From: Candidatus Omnitrophota bacterium
GTDB lineage: Bacteria; Omnitrophota; Gorgyraeia; Gygaellales; Profunditerraquicolaceae
Reading direction: 5' to 3'
DNA: 64,000 bases
Assembly: GCA_041651035.1 (NCBI GenBank)
Contig: JBAZKC010000001.1
Span: 323,244 to 387,243 of the forward strand
Shown here: positions 1 through 8,644 of the stretch, piece after piece
Layout of the letters: every line of letters starts with the position of its first letter
Numbering within the stretch: position 1 is the stretch's first letter
Program-made: the position numbers and the translations under genes
Notes under the pieces: generated by a model
Databases searched by the model: none
What the model saw: the letters and a program-made list of their open reading frames with translations, nothing else
Told to the model about the DNA's origin: nothing

Positions 1-127
1 CAGGCGTAAATGGCAAAGGTATACGCACAAAAGCGCCCAGGCTGGTAAGAATTATAAATGTTGCCACGCCGAATACGCGGCAGGATGTCTTATTTATAAG
101 TATTTCCTTTTTTAAAACCGCCTCCAT
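1..127 (-). CDS. bioY: Biotin transporter BioY, 5' part only (gene runs off the window start)
   Basis: Minus-strand translation from the ATG at 127 gives MEAVLKKEILINKTSCRVFGVATFIILTSLGAFVRIPLPFTP. The IPLPFTP motif is typical of the BioY N-terminus. A strong SD (GAAAGGAG) lies 6-12 nt upstream. The reading frame is open to the window edge. Confidence 0.5.
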   Translation of the reverse strand, partial: MEAVLKKEILINKTSCRVFGVATFIILTSLGAFVRIPLPFTP

Positions 128-221
128 AATATCTCCTTTCTTCTTGACCAGACAGACCTAAGTATACAAGTTATGATTTTATTTATTATATCCGAAAACA
201 TAACAATAGTAAAGTTATCTT

Positions 222-268
222 AAAAAATTGGGGACGGTTTTGTTAAAACAAAACCGTCCCCTTGTTTT
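222..268. terminator. Bidirectional rho-independent terminator. A 12-bp stem (GGGGACGGTTTT / AAAACCGTCCCC) is flanked by an A-run on one side and a T-run on the other.
   Basis: Perfect inverted repeat at 230-241 and 250-261, flanked by AAAAAATT and TTGTTTT. It sits directly downstream of the minus-strand gene 301-522. Confidence 0.7.
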
Positions 269-300
269 CAACCTCTGCTATCTTAAAAACTTCTGTAAAA

Positions 301-522
301 CTATTCTTTAGCGATGGCTAAGGTAATTATGCCCGCTAAGATCAAAAACAAACCCAGGCAGCCCTCTACTATTGTTAACAACTGCGGCCACCATTTTAAT
401 ATCGCCAAGGCGCCTAACGCCAAGAGCACAATACCTAAAATAACCTTGGAGATCACAGAGAACACCTTCTTGGTTTCTGCTTTCTTTTCTTCCTGCTTTA
501 TCTCTTCCGCCATATTACACAC
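301..522 (-). CDS. Small two-TM membrane protein, function unknown
   Basis: 73-aa ORF with two hydrophobic helices after a charged N-terminus (EEIKQEEKKAETKK). A terminator follows immediately downstream. Confidence 0.45.
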   Translation of the reverse strand: MCNMAEEIKQEEKKAETKKVFSVISKVILGIVLLALGALAILKWWPQLLTIVEGCLGLFLILAGIITLAIAKE

Positions 523-528
523 CTCCTT

Positions 529-1440
529 CTAATTTGGCTTGCTCTTCCATCTACGGTGAATCCATCCCCACTCCGCAGGATACCTGCGGATGTAAGATTC
601 AATTATACTGGTTAATCTCTGTATATTTACAACAATGGTCTCCTGGAAATCCTTGCCTTCTTTTATATCTAACTCCGGCTCAAAAATGATCTTATGATGG
701 TCGTCTTTTTGCCTGATGATAAAACAAGGAAGCACCGCTGCTTTTGTCCGTTTTGCCAAGATCACGGGCCCTGTGGCAGTAGCGGCTTTCCGGCCGAAGA
801 AATCTACAAATACGCCGCCTGTACCAAAATTCTGGTCAATGGGTATAAAGACCAGCTCATTATTCCGCAGCGTTTCTATAGTCTTATTAACGCAGGTATC
901 CCTCGGCTGGCTATATATTGTCTTTATATTAAGCCTGTCGCGCTTAGCCATAAAGAATTTTTCTACCCGGGTATCCCGCATCGCGCGCATGATGCCCGCG
1001 ATCTTATATCCGGAAAAGGCTAATCTTGCCATCAGCAAAGGAAAGTTGCCAAAATGCGCGCTTACTAAGATCACGCCGTTACCCCGGGATAAAGCGCTAT
1101 CTAAATTGTCTTTGCCTTCTATCTTAACGCGCTCCTTTAGAAGCCCGGGCTTATCCATAAGGAACATGAGTTCTATCGCTGCCTTTGCCATAAAAGTAAA
1201 ACTATTTCTGGCAATCTCCTCTATCTCCTGGGGGGATTTTTCCTGGCCAAAGGCAATGGTTAAGCTTTCCAGGGCGATCTTTCTCTGCTTACCGGAGAAC
1301 CGATAACCAAGAGAACTTATGCCCCTGGCAAACCCATACAGGCAGTTTACCGGGATAAGCTTGACCATCAAAGAACAGAAATTTAACGCCAGCCACGCAA
1401 AAAAACGGCCTATACTTGTACGAATTCTTTTTGAGTCCAT
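529..1440 (-). CDS. Lipid A biosynthesis (Kdo2-lipid IVA) acyltransferase, LpxL/HtrB family
   Basis: 303 aa with an N-terminal TM. The family-typical C-terminus is present (YPAEWGWIHRRWK, compare ...W.W.HRRWK in LpxL/LpxM), as is a central SAHFGNFP-type motif region. Confidence 0.6.
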   Translation of the reverse strand: MDSKRIRTSIGRFFAWLALNFCSLMVKLIPVNCLYGFARGISSLGYRFSGKQRKIALESLTIAFGQEKSPQEIEEIARNSFTFMAKAAIELMFLMDKPGLLKERVKIEGKDNLDSALSRGNGVILVSAHFGNFPLLMARLAFSGYKIAGIMRAMRDTRVEKFFMAKRDRLNIKTIYSQPRDTCVNKTIETLRNNELVFIPIDQNFGTGGVFVDFFGRKAATATGPVILAKRTKAAVLPCFIIRQKDDHHKIIFEPELDIKEGKDFQETIVVNIQRLTSIIESYIRRYPAEWGWIHRRWKSKPN

Positions 1441-1487
1441 TATTTTATTGTAGTTGAATTATAACAAAAGGCCGCATAAATGCAAGA

Positions 1488-1976
1488 TTAAAACTTATAG
1501 TTGAGTTTGCGCAAGAATTCCTTCCGCCAGGCTATATCCGCGTCCGTCTCAATACCCTGGGGCTTGGCGCCATCGATTACCCCCAATATACCCCTGGCGC
1601 CGTCCTGCGCTTGGGCGATAATCACCTGTACAGGATTAGCGGAGGCGCAATATATCGCGCAGACTTCGGGGATGTTTTTTATGGCGTTCAACACATTAAT
1701 AGGATAGGCATTCTTCATCAGGATAATAAAGCTGTGCCCCGCCCCTATTTCAAGGGCATTCTCAGAAGCTATCTTCTTTAATTCCGGGTCATTGCCCTCG
1801 CATCTTATTTTACAGGCTCCGGAAGACTCTACAAAACTAAGCGCGAATTTTATACCCGGAACGCTATTGACCAAGGCTTCGTGCAAATCCTCAACGGTTT
1901 TAATAAAATGGCTCTGCCCCAATATGATATTTACATCATCGGGCTTGCTGATCTTGAATAGTTTCAACTCTAACAT
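1488..1976 (-). CDS. Adenosine-specific kinase family protein (COG1839/PF04008-like)
   Basis: MLELKLFKISKPDDVNIILGQSHFIKTVEDLHEALVNSVPGIKF... matches the adenosine-specific kinase family. The start was moved to the internal ATG at 1976, which has a GGAG SD. The ORF-track N-terminal extension (MTDHYTSRSSELRECCPCGQGEA) is the translated leader element. Confidence 0.55.
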   Translation of the reverse strand: MLELKLFKISKPDDVNIILGQSHFIKTVEDLHEALVNSVPGIKFALSFVESSGACKIRCEGNDPELKKIASENALEIGAGHSFIILMKNAYPINVLNAIKNIPEVCAIYCASANPVQVIIAQAQDGARGILGVIDGAKPQGIETDADIAWRKEFLRKLNYKF

Positions 1977-1986
1977 AGCTTCTCCT

Positions 1987-2033
1987 TGCCCACAAGGGCA
2001 ACACTCGCGCAATTCCGATGAGCGCGAGGTGTA
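1987..2033 (-). promoter_or_regulatory. Conserved two-hairpin 5' leader element, copy A. On the mRNA strand: CUCGCGC-ucaucggaauu-GCGCGAG, then UGCCC-uugu-GGGCA abutting the SD.
   Basis: About 47 nt, near-identical to 41486-41532 (5 mismatches). It lies in the 5' UTR directly upstream of the SD and AUG of gene 1488-1976. Confidence 0.5.
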
Positions 2034-2072
2034 GTGGTCAGTCACGCAGGCCTGCCCGCCTGCAGGCAGGCT

Positions 2073-3458
2073 TTATTCAATATATACCTTCCTAAAACCT
2101 GAAACCCCAATAGGCAGCGCCTTACGGTATGACTTTACGGAAGTAAGGATAAAATCGGGGAAACCCAAGATCTGAAGCGGTACTTTTAAGATCAGGGCAT
2201 TAGGGCCTACCTCCAGAGATATGCCTTGCGGGTTGATCATTGTCTTGCCGTTGAATACCCTGAACTTGCCATACTTGGCGATTATTTTTATTTTAGGCAT
2301 ATGGGCAAACGGAGTTTTGTAACTGTAGCCGAAAAGATAAAGCATGAGATTGATCTGGCGGCGGGCCTCTTTTGTTTTTTCAATGCGGATCACAATAGAG
2401 TTATCCACAACGGCATAACTGACCCGGTCATTGCTTTTAGGCGGACCTTCTAAATTACCTGGGCCGCCGCTATCCTGCTTGCGAAACATGCCTAAAAAGC
2501 CAAAAGGCGAGACTGCCTTTTTTTCTTCAAATACCGCGCCCTTGATCTTTATCTCGGGGTAATCCCCGAATAATTCATTCTTGCGGACAAAAGACAATAA
2601 ATAAAAGGCGCTGGATTCTGTTTGGCTTTTGTAACAAAGAATAGCCTTATGTTTCTTATCCAGCTGCTCCGGGGTTAACGCGGATTCCTCCCAATTAATC
2701 TGACTGCCGGCAAATTTTTCTGGCGGCTCTAAATTTAACTCCGGATGATAATGGCGCGGAGCCGGCCAACCCAGGCAATGGACAAGATAAGGATATACCC
2801 GGGGCTTAGGGATTTCTTTATTTAGGTCGCGTAAGGCAACTTGCAAAAACAAATAGAGCGTTTTATGATCCACATTCACATCCGCCGGATGAGAAACAAA
2901 TATTTTATTCGGCTTATAATTCAAAAGCACATTCTTTAGATCATCCAGTATGCTTTCCCCGGTATAAGGGGCATCGTAAGAAAGATTATTTTTATAAGGC
3001 ACGCTTGAAATACGGGTCATCCGGTCTCTAAACGGCTTTTTATACGCCTGCCAATATTGGTTAAATATGGTAAATGTTCCAAAATCAGGATAACCCAGGA
3101 AAATAAGGTTATCTTCATCTAAACCTAAGGTTTTCATAGCCTTTACCGCCTCAGACCTGCGCACTTCACCCATATGGATGAATTCGCCTTTTCTGAAAGT
3201 CAGCCTTTTTTCATATACAATAAAGGCGAATTGATTATGGTCTCCGTTTGTAAGATAGGCAACCTGTACTTTAGCTCCCGCAGAAAGTGCCTGTTGAATT
3301 ATACCCGCGCAGCCTATAGTTTCATCGTCGGGATGAGGCGCTAGTATGAGGATACGATCGTTCTTCTTGATGGGGTCAATAGGAGCCGGCAAAGCAGCTG
3401 TATAATACCCCAGCATCAGGATGGAAGATAAAAAGATAAAAAATGATTTCTTATGCAT
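2073..3458 (-). CDS. PIG-L/LmbE family N-acetylglucosaminyl deacetylase with signal peptide and a C-terminal extra domain
   Basis: N-terminal signal peptide, then ILILAPHPDDETIGCAGII, the PIG-L HPDDE motif. 461 aa, so about 250 aa of additional C-terminal domain. Confidence 0.6.
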   Translation of the reverse strand: MHKKSFFIFLSSILMLGYYTAALPAPIDPIKKNDRILILAPHPDDETIGCAGIIQQALSAGAKVQVAYLTNGDHNQFAFIVYEKRLTFRKGEFIHMGEVRRSEAVKAMKTLGLDEDNLIFLGYPDFGTFTIFNQYWQAYKKPFRDRMTRISSVPYKNNLSYDAPYTGESILDDLKNVLLNYKPNKIFVSHPADVNVDHKTLYLFLQVALRDLNKEIPKPRVYPYLVHCLGWPAPRHYHPELNLEPPEKFAGSQINWEESALTPEQLDKKHKAILCYKSQTESSAFYLLSFVRKNELFGDYPEIKIKGAVFEEKKAVSPFGFLGMFRKQDSGGPGNLEGPPKSNDRVSYAVVDNSIVIRIEKTKEARRQINLMLYLFGYSYKTPFAHMPKIKIIAKYGKFRVFNGKTMINPQGISLEVGPNALILKVPLQILGFPDFILTSVKSYRKALPIGVSGFRKVYIE

Positions 3459-3560
3459 AGTATTATTTTATCATACAATCATTTATAACTCAACCGGATG
3501 CATAACTTTATTTTCCTATCCGTTTTAAGGCCTGGGAATCCTCTCTTTTATCAATATAAA

Positions 3561-4775
3561 TCAACAGAGATGAACAATGTCTTCAGGATGATACAAGGAA
3601 AGAAACAATAACATATAATCTCTTAAATGGCGCGTAATCAAAAAATTGTTTTTTATATGCTCCCGCCCATTTTCTCCTAATTTCTTGGCGTACGCCGGGC
3701 TGCTTAAAAGTTGCTTTATGGAAAAACTGGCTCCTTCAACTGAATGGCAAAGCAAACCTGAATATTTATGCTTTATCTGCAACGGGATACCGCCGACATT
3801 GGATGCCACAACAGGCTTGCCCTTCCATAAAGCCTCTGCAACCGTTAAACCGAAACCCTCCCTAAGAGACTTTTGGACAATTACATCTGATGCCTTCTGC
3901 AACGCATTGACCTCTATATCGTTTTGGGCTAATAATAAAATGTGGATATCGGGGTCGCTCTTAGCTTTTTCTTTAACCTCGCTCAAAACCTTGAATCCTT
4001 CCGGGTCGTCCTCTGCGGTACCGCCGGCTAACACCAGCTGGCAATCAATATATTTCTTTACCTGCAAATACGCTTCAATAACACCCAACGGGTCTTTCAA
4101 ACGGTCAAAACGCGATACCTGCGTGATGATCGGTTTATCTTTCTTGATATCGTATTTCCTCAATACGGAATCAACCGTTTCCTGCGGCAACTCTTTGTTT
4201 TTATCGCTTAAGGGGTCAATGGAAGGAGAAATCAGAAATTGCCTGATAGGCAATTTCCGGGAAAAAACCGGGGCGGAGAATACCGCCGAATCATATTGAA
4301 CGATAAAATCCATAAGGAATCCCCAAACTCTTTCATTAGGATTAGACACGTCAACATGGCATCGCCAAAGCCATTTATTAGCGGCCTTCTTTTTTATCAG
4401 GGCTATCGGCTGCGGATCATGGACAAAAACTATATCCCCATAGATATTGACATTTTCAATATTCTCCCGGCTCGTTTCCATGAATATTTCAAAATCCCTC
4501 CGGGTGACCTCTTCCGTCCTGCCGTGCAAGGCGTTGTGGAACTTCTTTGTCACATTAAAAAATTGTTCCCCGCCCTTTATCACATCCCATTTAGTATCCA
4601 CCCCCAATTCTCTCAATAATGGGACCATGCGGTTTAATATCTCGGCGACTCCGCCGCCTACAGGAGTAGAATTTATATGCTGGATAGCCTTACCCTTTAA
4701 CCGCTCGCCGAGCAGGCTTAAATCATCAATAACAGCCTGTCCTACTAAGGAGGCATATTCTTCTATTTTTGCCAT
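3561..4775 (-). CDS. treT: Trehalose glycosyltransferring synthase TreT (GT4 family)
   Basis: Blocks match archaeal/bacterial TreT as recalled: HINSTPVGGGVAEIL, FFNVTKKFHNALHG, VHDPQPIALI...WLWRCHVD, SPSIDPLSDKN, KPIITQVSRFD, REGFGLTV...WKGKPV. Confidence 0.65.
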   Translation of the reverse strand: MAKIEEYASLVGQAVIDDLSLLGERLKGKAIQHINSTPVGGGVAEILNRMVPLLRELGVDTKWDVIKGGEQFFNVTKKFHNALHGRTEEVTRRDFEIFMETSRENIENVNIYGDIVFVHDPQPIALIKKKAANKWLWRCHVDVSNPNERVWGFLMDFIVQYDSAVFSAPVFSRKLPIRQFLISPSIDPLSDKNKELPQETVDSVLRKYDIKKDKPIITQVSRFDRLKDPLGVIEAYLQVKKYIDCQLVLAGGTAEDDPEGFKVLSEVKEKAKSDPDIHILLLAQNDIEVNALQKASDVIVQKSLREGFGLTVAEALWKGKPVVASNVGGIPLQIKHKYSGLLCHSVEGASFSIKQLLSSPAYAKKLGENGREHIKNNFLITRHLRDYMLLFLSLYHPEDIVHLC

Positions 4776-5447
4776 TTAATCAGTTATCCTTCTTCCAACT
4801 ATTTGTATAATCTTATTTCTTAAATCCTCTAAGGTGCGGGTATAAGGATCAAAACCGGAAATCTCATCCGCTAACCCTTTATCGTCTAAAGAGTTCTCTA
4901 TCCAAAATGAAAAGTCATTAGTCGGCTTTTCCAGCCTTAAGCGCGCCTCAAAAATATGGAAATAAATAGAATCTATGGTTATTTTCTTTAAGACTTCCGT
5001 GAATTCTTTTAAATCATAAACAATATAATTTGTCGGCAGTATAAAACTGACCGATTTGATAAAATGGAATTCTTCCCCGGTCCTGGCAAATTTCAATTTA
5101 GCGAACGGGTTATCCTTCAGATAGTTCTCAATACTTGAAGCGATCTTCTCCCGCAAATCCCTGATGCTTGAGTATTGCATGGTATCAATGCTGGCCAACC
5201 TCTCCCCAAGCTCATCTTCACCGAGAATATCCGTTACCCAGTACGCGAAGTCGTTAGGAGGCTCAGGAGAAAGAAATTGGTGCTGTTGCAGGAATCTATG
5301 GGTATGGTGATAAATACAGGAGCCAGGCACTTCTTTAACAAGAACCAGTAACTGGCCTAAAGCGGTGGCCCGTAATCCGGTCAGCTCCGATAAATGTAAC
5401 CTGGTGCAAAACCTAAAAGGCTCTTTTGCTTTTATTAATCCTGACAT
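4776..5447 (-). CDS. Conserved hypothetical protein embedded in the trehalose operon
   Basis: 223-aa ORF whose ends are about 2 nt from otsB and treT. No recognisable catalytic motif. Confidence 0.4.
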   Translation of the reverse strand: MSGLIKAKEPFRFCTRLHLSELTGLRATALGQLLVLVKEVPGSCIYHHTHRFLQQHQFLSPEPPNDFAYWVTDILGEDELGERLASIDTMQYSSIRDLREKIASSIENYLKDNPFAKLKFARTGEEFHFIKSVSFILPTNYIVYDLKEFTEVLKKITIDSIYFHIFEARLRLEKPTNDFSFWIENSLDDKGLADEISGFDPYTRTLEDLRNKIIQIVGRRITD

Positions 5448-5449
5448 AA

Positions 5450-6247
5450 TTAGCTGGGCATGAGATCCAATATTAAACGTAGAAATTTAGTTACTTCTTT
5501 TGTATCCTTTAAGTAGTAATTGGCCTGAGAGCTACCTGGCTTTCCCACGAACACCGTCAACCCTTTATTTTTCAAGGCGCTAAAAGCATCTTCATCGGTT
5601 ATATCATCTCCGATATAAACCGGTAAGACATTCTTTTCTCCGGAAATAAATTGCTGCCTTGCGAAAAGCCACAAAACCACCCTGCCCTTGCCCCATTTAA
5701 CAGAAGGTCTTACCTCATAAACTTTTTTACCGGAATTAACCTTTATCTTGCCAGGCGCCGTATAAGGACCAGTGACTTCGGAAACAACCTTCTCCAGCGC
5801 GGGCATATCCCCTTTGTCAACCAGCCGGTAGTGGATACTCAAAGTCAAGCCCTTATCTTCAATTAAGGCGCCCTTGATGCCTGAAAGCCGCTTCCGCATA
5901 TCTTCGGCGACATTCCGCATAATTGATTTTGATCTCGCTGAAACCTGGCTTTCAAATTTCATCTTTGGGCTTTCAATTTCCAAACCGTGATTACCGGCAT
6001 AAATAATGCCCTCTATCCCCACGATGTTTTTTAAATCCTGTAAAGACCTGCCGCTGATAATACCCAATTTGCAATAAGGCTTGCTGGATAACTTCTGTAA
6101 TAATTCTTTTGCGCCCTTAGGGATAATTGCCTTCCTGGGGGTATCTACAATAGGGGCCAACGTCCCATCGTAATCAAGCAGAAGTAAAATAAATCTATTA
6201 CGCAATAGTTCTTTTATGTTATTAAATTGAGCGAATAAATAATCCAT
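5450..6247 (-). CDS. otsB: Trehalose-6-phosphate phosphatase OtsB (HAD family)
   Basis: HAD motif I LLLDYDGTL and motif IV YIGDDITDEDAF. 265 aa. Immediately downstream of otsA. Confidence 0.75.
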   Translation of the reverse strand: MDYLFAQFNNIKELLRNRFILLLLDYDGTLAPIVDTPRKAIIPKGAKELLQKLSSKPYCKLGIISGRSLQDLKNIVGIEGIIYAGNHGLEIESPKMKFESQVSARSKSIMRNVAEDMRKRLSGIKGALIEDKGLTLSIHYRLVDKGDMPALEKVVSEVTGPYTAPGKIKVNSGKKVYEVRPSVKWGKGRVVLWLFARQQFISGEKNVLPVYIGDDITDEDAFSALKNKGLTVFVGKPGSSQANYYLKDTKEVTKFLRLILDLMPS

Positions 6248-6249
6248 GC

Positions 6250-8487
6250 TTAAGCCTTTTTAAATGCCGTTAATTCCGTGATTATATTACCTGCCCAGCG
6301 GTAAATATTGTTTTCGGTTATCACCTTGCGCATGTTTTCCATGCGCCTCTGCTTCTCTTCTTTAGGCATCTGGATTGCCAGATTTATACTATCAGCAAAA
6401 TCTTCAATAGAATAAGGATTAATTAGAATAGCATCGCTGAGTTCACGCGCGGCCCCGGTAAACTGGCTTAAGATCAAACACCCCGATAAATCATCTTTCT
6501 CTGCCACATACTCTTTAGCCACCAGATTCATCCCATCATGCAGCGAACTAACAATACAAATATCACCCAGCTTATAATAAGGCTGAATATCGTCTTGCGA
6601 GAAATATTTCTTAAGATAAATTATTGGTTTCCAGTTCCCGTCTCTATATTTCCAGTTTATTTTCTCAACCAATTCATCAATTTCTCCTATTAAATCATGA
6701 TAACGCTTAATATGCGTGCGGCTCGGAGCGGCTAATTGAATAAAAACAAAATTCTTTTTATACGCGGGGTATTTATCCAGAAACCTATCTATCGCTAATA
6801 TTCTTTCAACTATGCCTTTAGTATAATCAATCCTGTCTACACCCATAGCAACAATCTTATTCTCAAGCTCAAATTCTTTCTTCAGCCTTTCCATCTGCCT
6901 TACCAGATTAACCTTAAGCGAACCGCCGCCTATGCGCGCGTTAATACTTATCGGGAAAGCCCTTATAAACGTCTCTTTCCCCGAACGAACAACACTGAAT
7001 CTTTCAGTGTCCACGCGTGACTCAAGCAGGCGGTTGGCGGTATCAAGAAAATTGTTGCAATGATTCTGGACATGGAAACCGATCAAATCACATCCCAGCA
7101 TTCCCTCCAGAATTTCGTTTTGATAAGGGCAAATCATAAAAGCCTCGGGCGTAGGCCAGGGTATGTGCCAAAATAAGGCTACTTTTGCATCCGGGCGTTT
7201 ATCTTTTATCATTTTTGGCAGAAGAGTAAAATGATAATCCTGCACAAATATAAACGGGCTGCTAGCCGGCAACTCTTCCAAAACACTATCAGCAAACTTC
7301 TGGTTTACTTCTTTATACATGCGCCAGTCAGATTCTCTGAAGACCGGACGTGTATGTGTGTTATGGCATAAGGGCCATAACCCTTCATTAGAAAAACCAT
7401 AATAATACCCTTGCTCCTCCTCTTTAGTAAGCCAAACTCTCTTAAGAATATAGCGGTTATCCTCAGGCGGCACCCCAAGCTTGTCTTTAGAATTGACGAA
7501 TTTCTTGTCGGAATTACCGCTTCCATGAGCAATCCAGGTCCCGCCGCAAGCAGAAAGTATGGGATGTATCGCGGTAACAACCCCGCTTGCCGGCCTTATA
7601 CACACTGCCTTACCTAAACTATCATCAAAAACATGCATATAAGGCTCTCTGTTAGAAACCACGAATAACGAATTATCTCCCAGCTTTGCGTGGATAAGAT
7701 CTTTAAGCTTGGCTTCAGTCCAAAGACCTTCTTTTTGCATCCGGGCATGCGCTTCATCTGATATGGTCCTGCGAGCTACCCTTATGCTTAAAGCAACCTG
7801 CTCAACTTCACTGATAAGTTTCCCAAATTCGCCTTTTTCTGCAAACGGGCGTAATTTGTCAGTTTCTCCTCTCTGAAAATGCGTAAACCACTGAGTCAAT
7901 CTGCGTACAGGGATGATAAAAATCTGCCTCTGGATCAATAAGGCAGTTAATACTATTAATAAAATAAGCGCTATGGAAGTAACGCTTATTTTTCTCCATA
8001 ATTCAGTTAAAGTAGCAAACATATAAGAAGTATCATAAATTACCTCTACCATGCCTAATACACTCTCATCATCATTTAAAACAGGCAAAATGTAACTATA
8101 CACGGAATATTCTTTAAATTTCTCCAAAACCCCGCGCGGATTCTTTGAAGACAGAATATCCTTAAGATATGGCCTTTCTCTATGTTTAAAATCAGAAAAT
8201 CGTTCAGTAATAGCTAATATTTGGCCGTCCTTATCGTAAATTACGCAACCCTGCAGCCTTTCTCTTTTCTGGAAACTATCAACTAAACGGTTAGCTTGTT
8301 TTAAATCATTGTTGATAAGGATGTACTTGGCGGATAACTCCAAACTCTCATCCACGGACCTGGCCTTCCTTTTTAAATCATCCATAAGCTTTTCTTCCGT
8401 GAAACGGGCCTGCATAATACCCGATATAGTAAATCCAAGCGCGACTAAGATTAATATAGGCAAAATAAACAGAAGTATTCTTTTCAT
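6250..8487 (-). CDS. otsA: Trehalose-6-phosphate synthase OtsA (GT20) fused to an N-terminal TM1 / periplasmic sensor / TM2 / HAMP module
   Basis: Residues ~1-250 hold two TM helices (ILLFILPILILVALGFTI and ISVTSIALILLIVLTALLI), a ~140-aa intervening domain and a HAMP-like segment (IPVRRLTQWFTHFQRGE...EFGKLISEVEQV). The GT20 core follows, with LFVVSNREP, FVQDYHFTLLP and ALFWHIPWP. Confidence 0.75.
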   Translation of the reverse strand: MKRILLFILPILILVALGFTISGIMQARFTEEKLMDDLKRKARSVDESLELSAKYILINNDLKQANRLVDSFQKRERLQGCVIYDKDGQILAITERFSDFKHRERPYLKDILSSKNPRGVLEKFKEYSVYSYILPVLNDDESVLGMVEVIYDTSYMFATLTELWRKISVTSIALILLIVLTALLIQRQIFIIPVRRLTQWFTHFQRGETDKLRPFAEKGEFGKLISEVEQVALSIRVARRTISDEAHARMQKEGLWTEAKLKDLIHAKLGDNSLFVVSNREPYMHVFDDSLGKAVCIRPASGVVTAIHPILSACGGTWIAHGSGNSDKKFVNSKDKLGVPPEDNRYILKRVWLTKEEEQGYYYGFSNEGLWPLCHNTHTRPVFRESDWRMYKEVNQKFADSVLEELPASSPFIFVQDYHFTLLPKMIKDKRPDAKVALFWHIPWPTPEAFMICPYQNEILEGMLGCDLIGFHVQNHCNNFLDTANRLLESRVDTERFSVVRSGKETFIRAFPISINARIGGGSLKVNLVRQMERLKKEFELENKIVAMGVDRIDYTKGIVERILAIDRFLDKYPAYKKNFVFIQLAAPSRTHIKRYHDLIGEIDELVEKINWKYRDGNWKPIIYLKKYFSQDDIQPYYKLGDICIVSSLHDGMNLVAKEYVAEKDDLSGCLILSQFTGAARELSDAILINPYSIEDFADSINLAIQMPKEEKQRRMENMRKVITENNIYRWAGNIITELTAFKKA

Positions 8488-8502
8488 TTAATTAGCCCCC
8501 CT

Positions 8503-8546
8503 AAAAACAAAAACCGCCCCCTGATTATTAAAATCAGATGGCGGCC
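8503..8546 (-). promoter_or_regulatory. Terminator-like hairpin plus U-tract inside the otsA 5' leader. Possible attenuator or riboswitch expression platform.
   Basis: Minus-strand RNA reads GGCCGCCAUCUGAU-uuuaaua-AUCAGGGGGCGG followed by UUUUUGUUUUU. This sits immediately 5' of the G-rich SD (AGGGGGG) and the AUG at 8487. There is no minus-strand gene upstream that it could terminate. Confidence 0.4.
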
Positions 8547-8644
8547 CGACCATCCAAAATCGCCTCCAGAGACATATATTTATCTCCAGACCACTTGATT
8601 TCTTATTTATGTTTATGCGCTTATTATACATCTTCCAGGGATTA

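Noticed and set aside
694-1306. Plus-strand ORFs of 109 and 196 aa inside the LpxL-like gene, and similar antisense ORFs throughout (for example 3646-4299, 4239-4779, 13060-13386, 48498-49382)
   Set aside because: All lie antisense to well-supported minus-strand genes with clear family signatures. Their translations are Ser/Pro/Arg-rich, consistent with shadow ORFs.
1977-2045. N-terminal 23-aa extension (MTDHYTSRSSELRECCPCGQGEA) of ORF 1488-2045, and the analogous 28-aa extension of ORF 40863-41555
   Set aside because: Both extensions are translations of the conserved hairpin leader element. Internal ATGs with strong SDs (1976 and 41471) give family-typical N-termini: MLELKLFKI for the kinase, and a signal peptide for the secreted protein.
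2040-2072. GC palindrome GCAGGCCTGCCCGCCTGCAGGCAGGC followed by TTTATT on the plus strand
   Set aside because: It looks like a terminator only in the plus orientation, where there is no upstream gene. On the minus strand, downstream of the PIG-L gene, it lacks a U-tract. It may be part of the leader element region or a weak terminator, and the evidence is insufficient.
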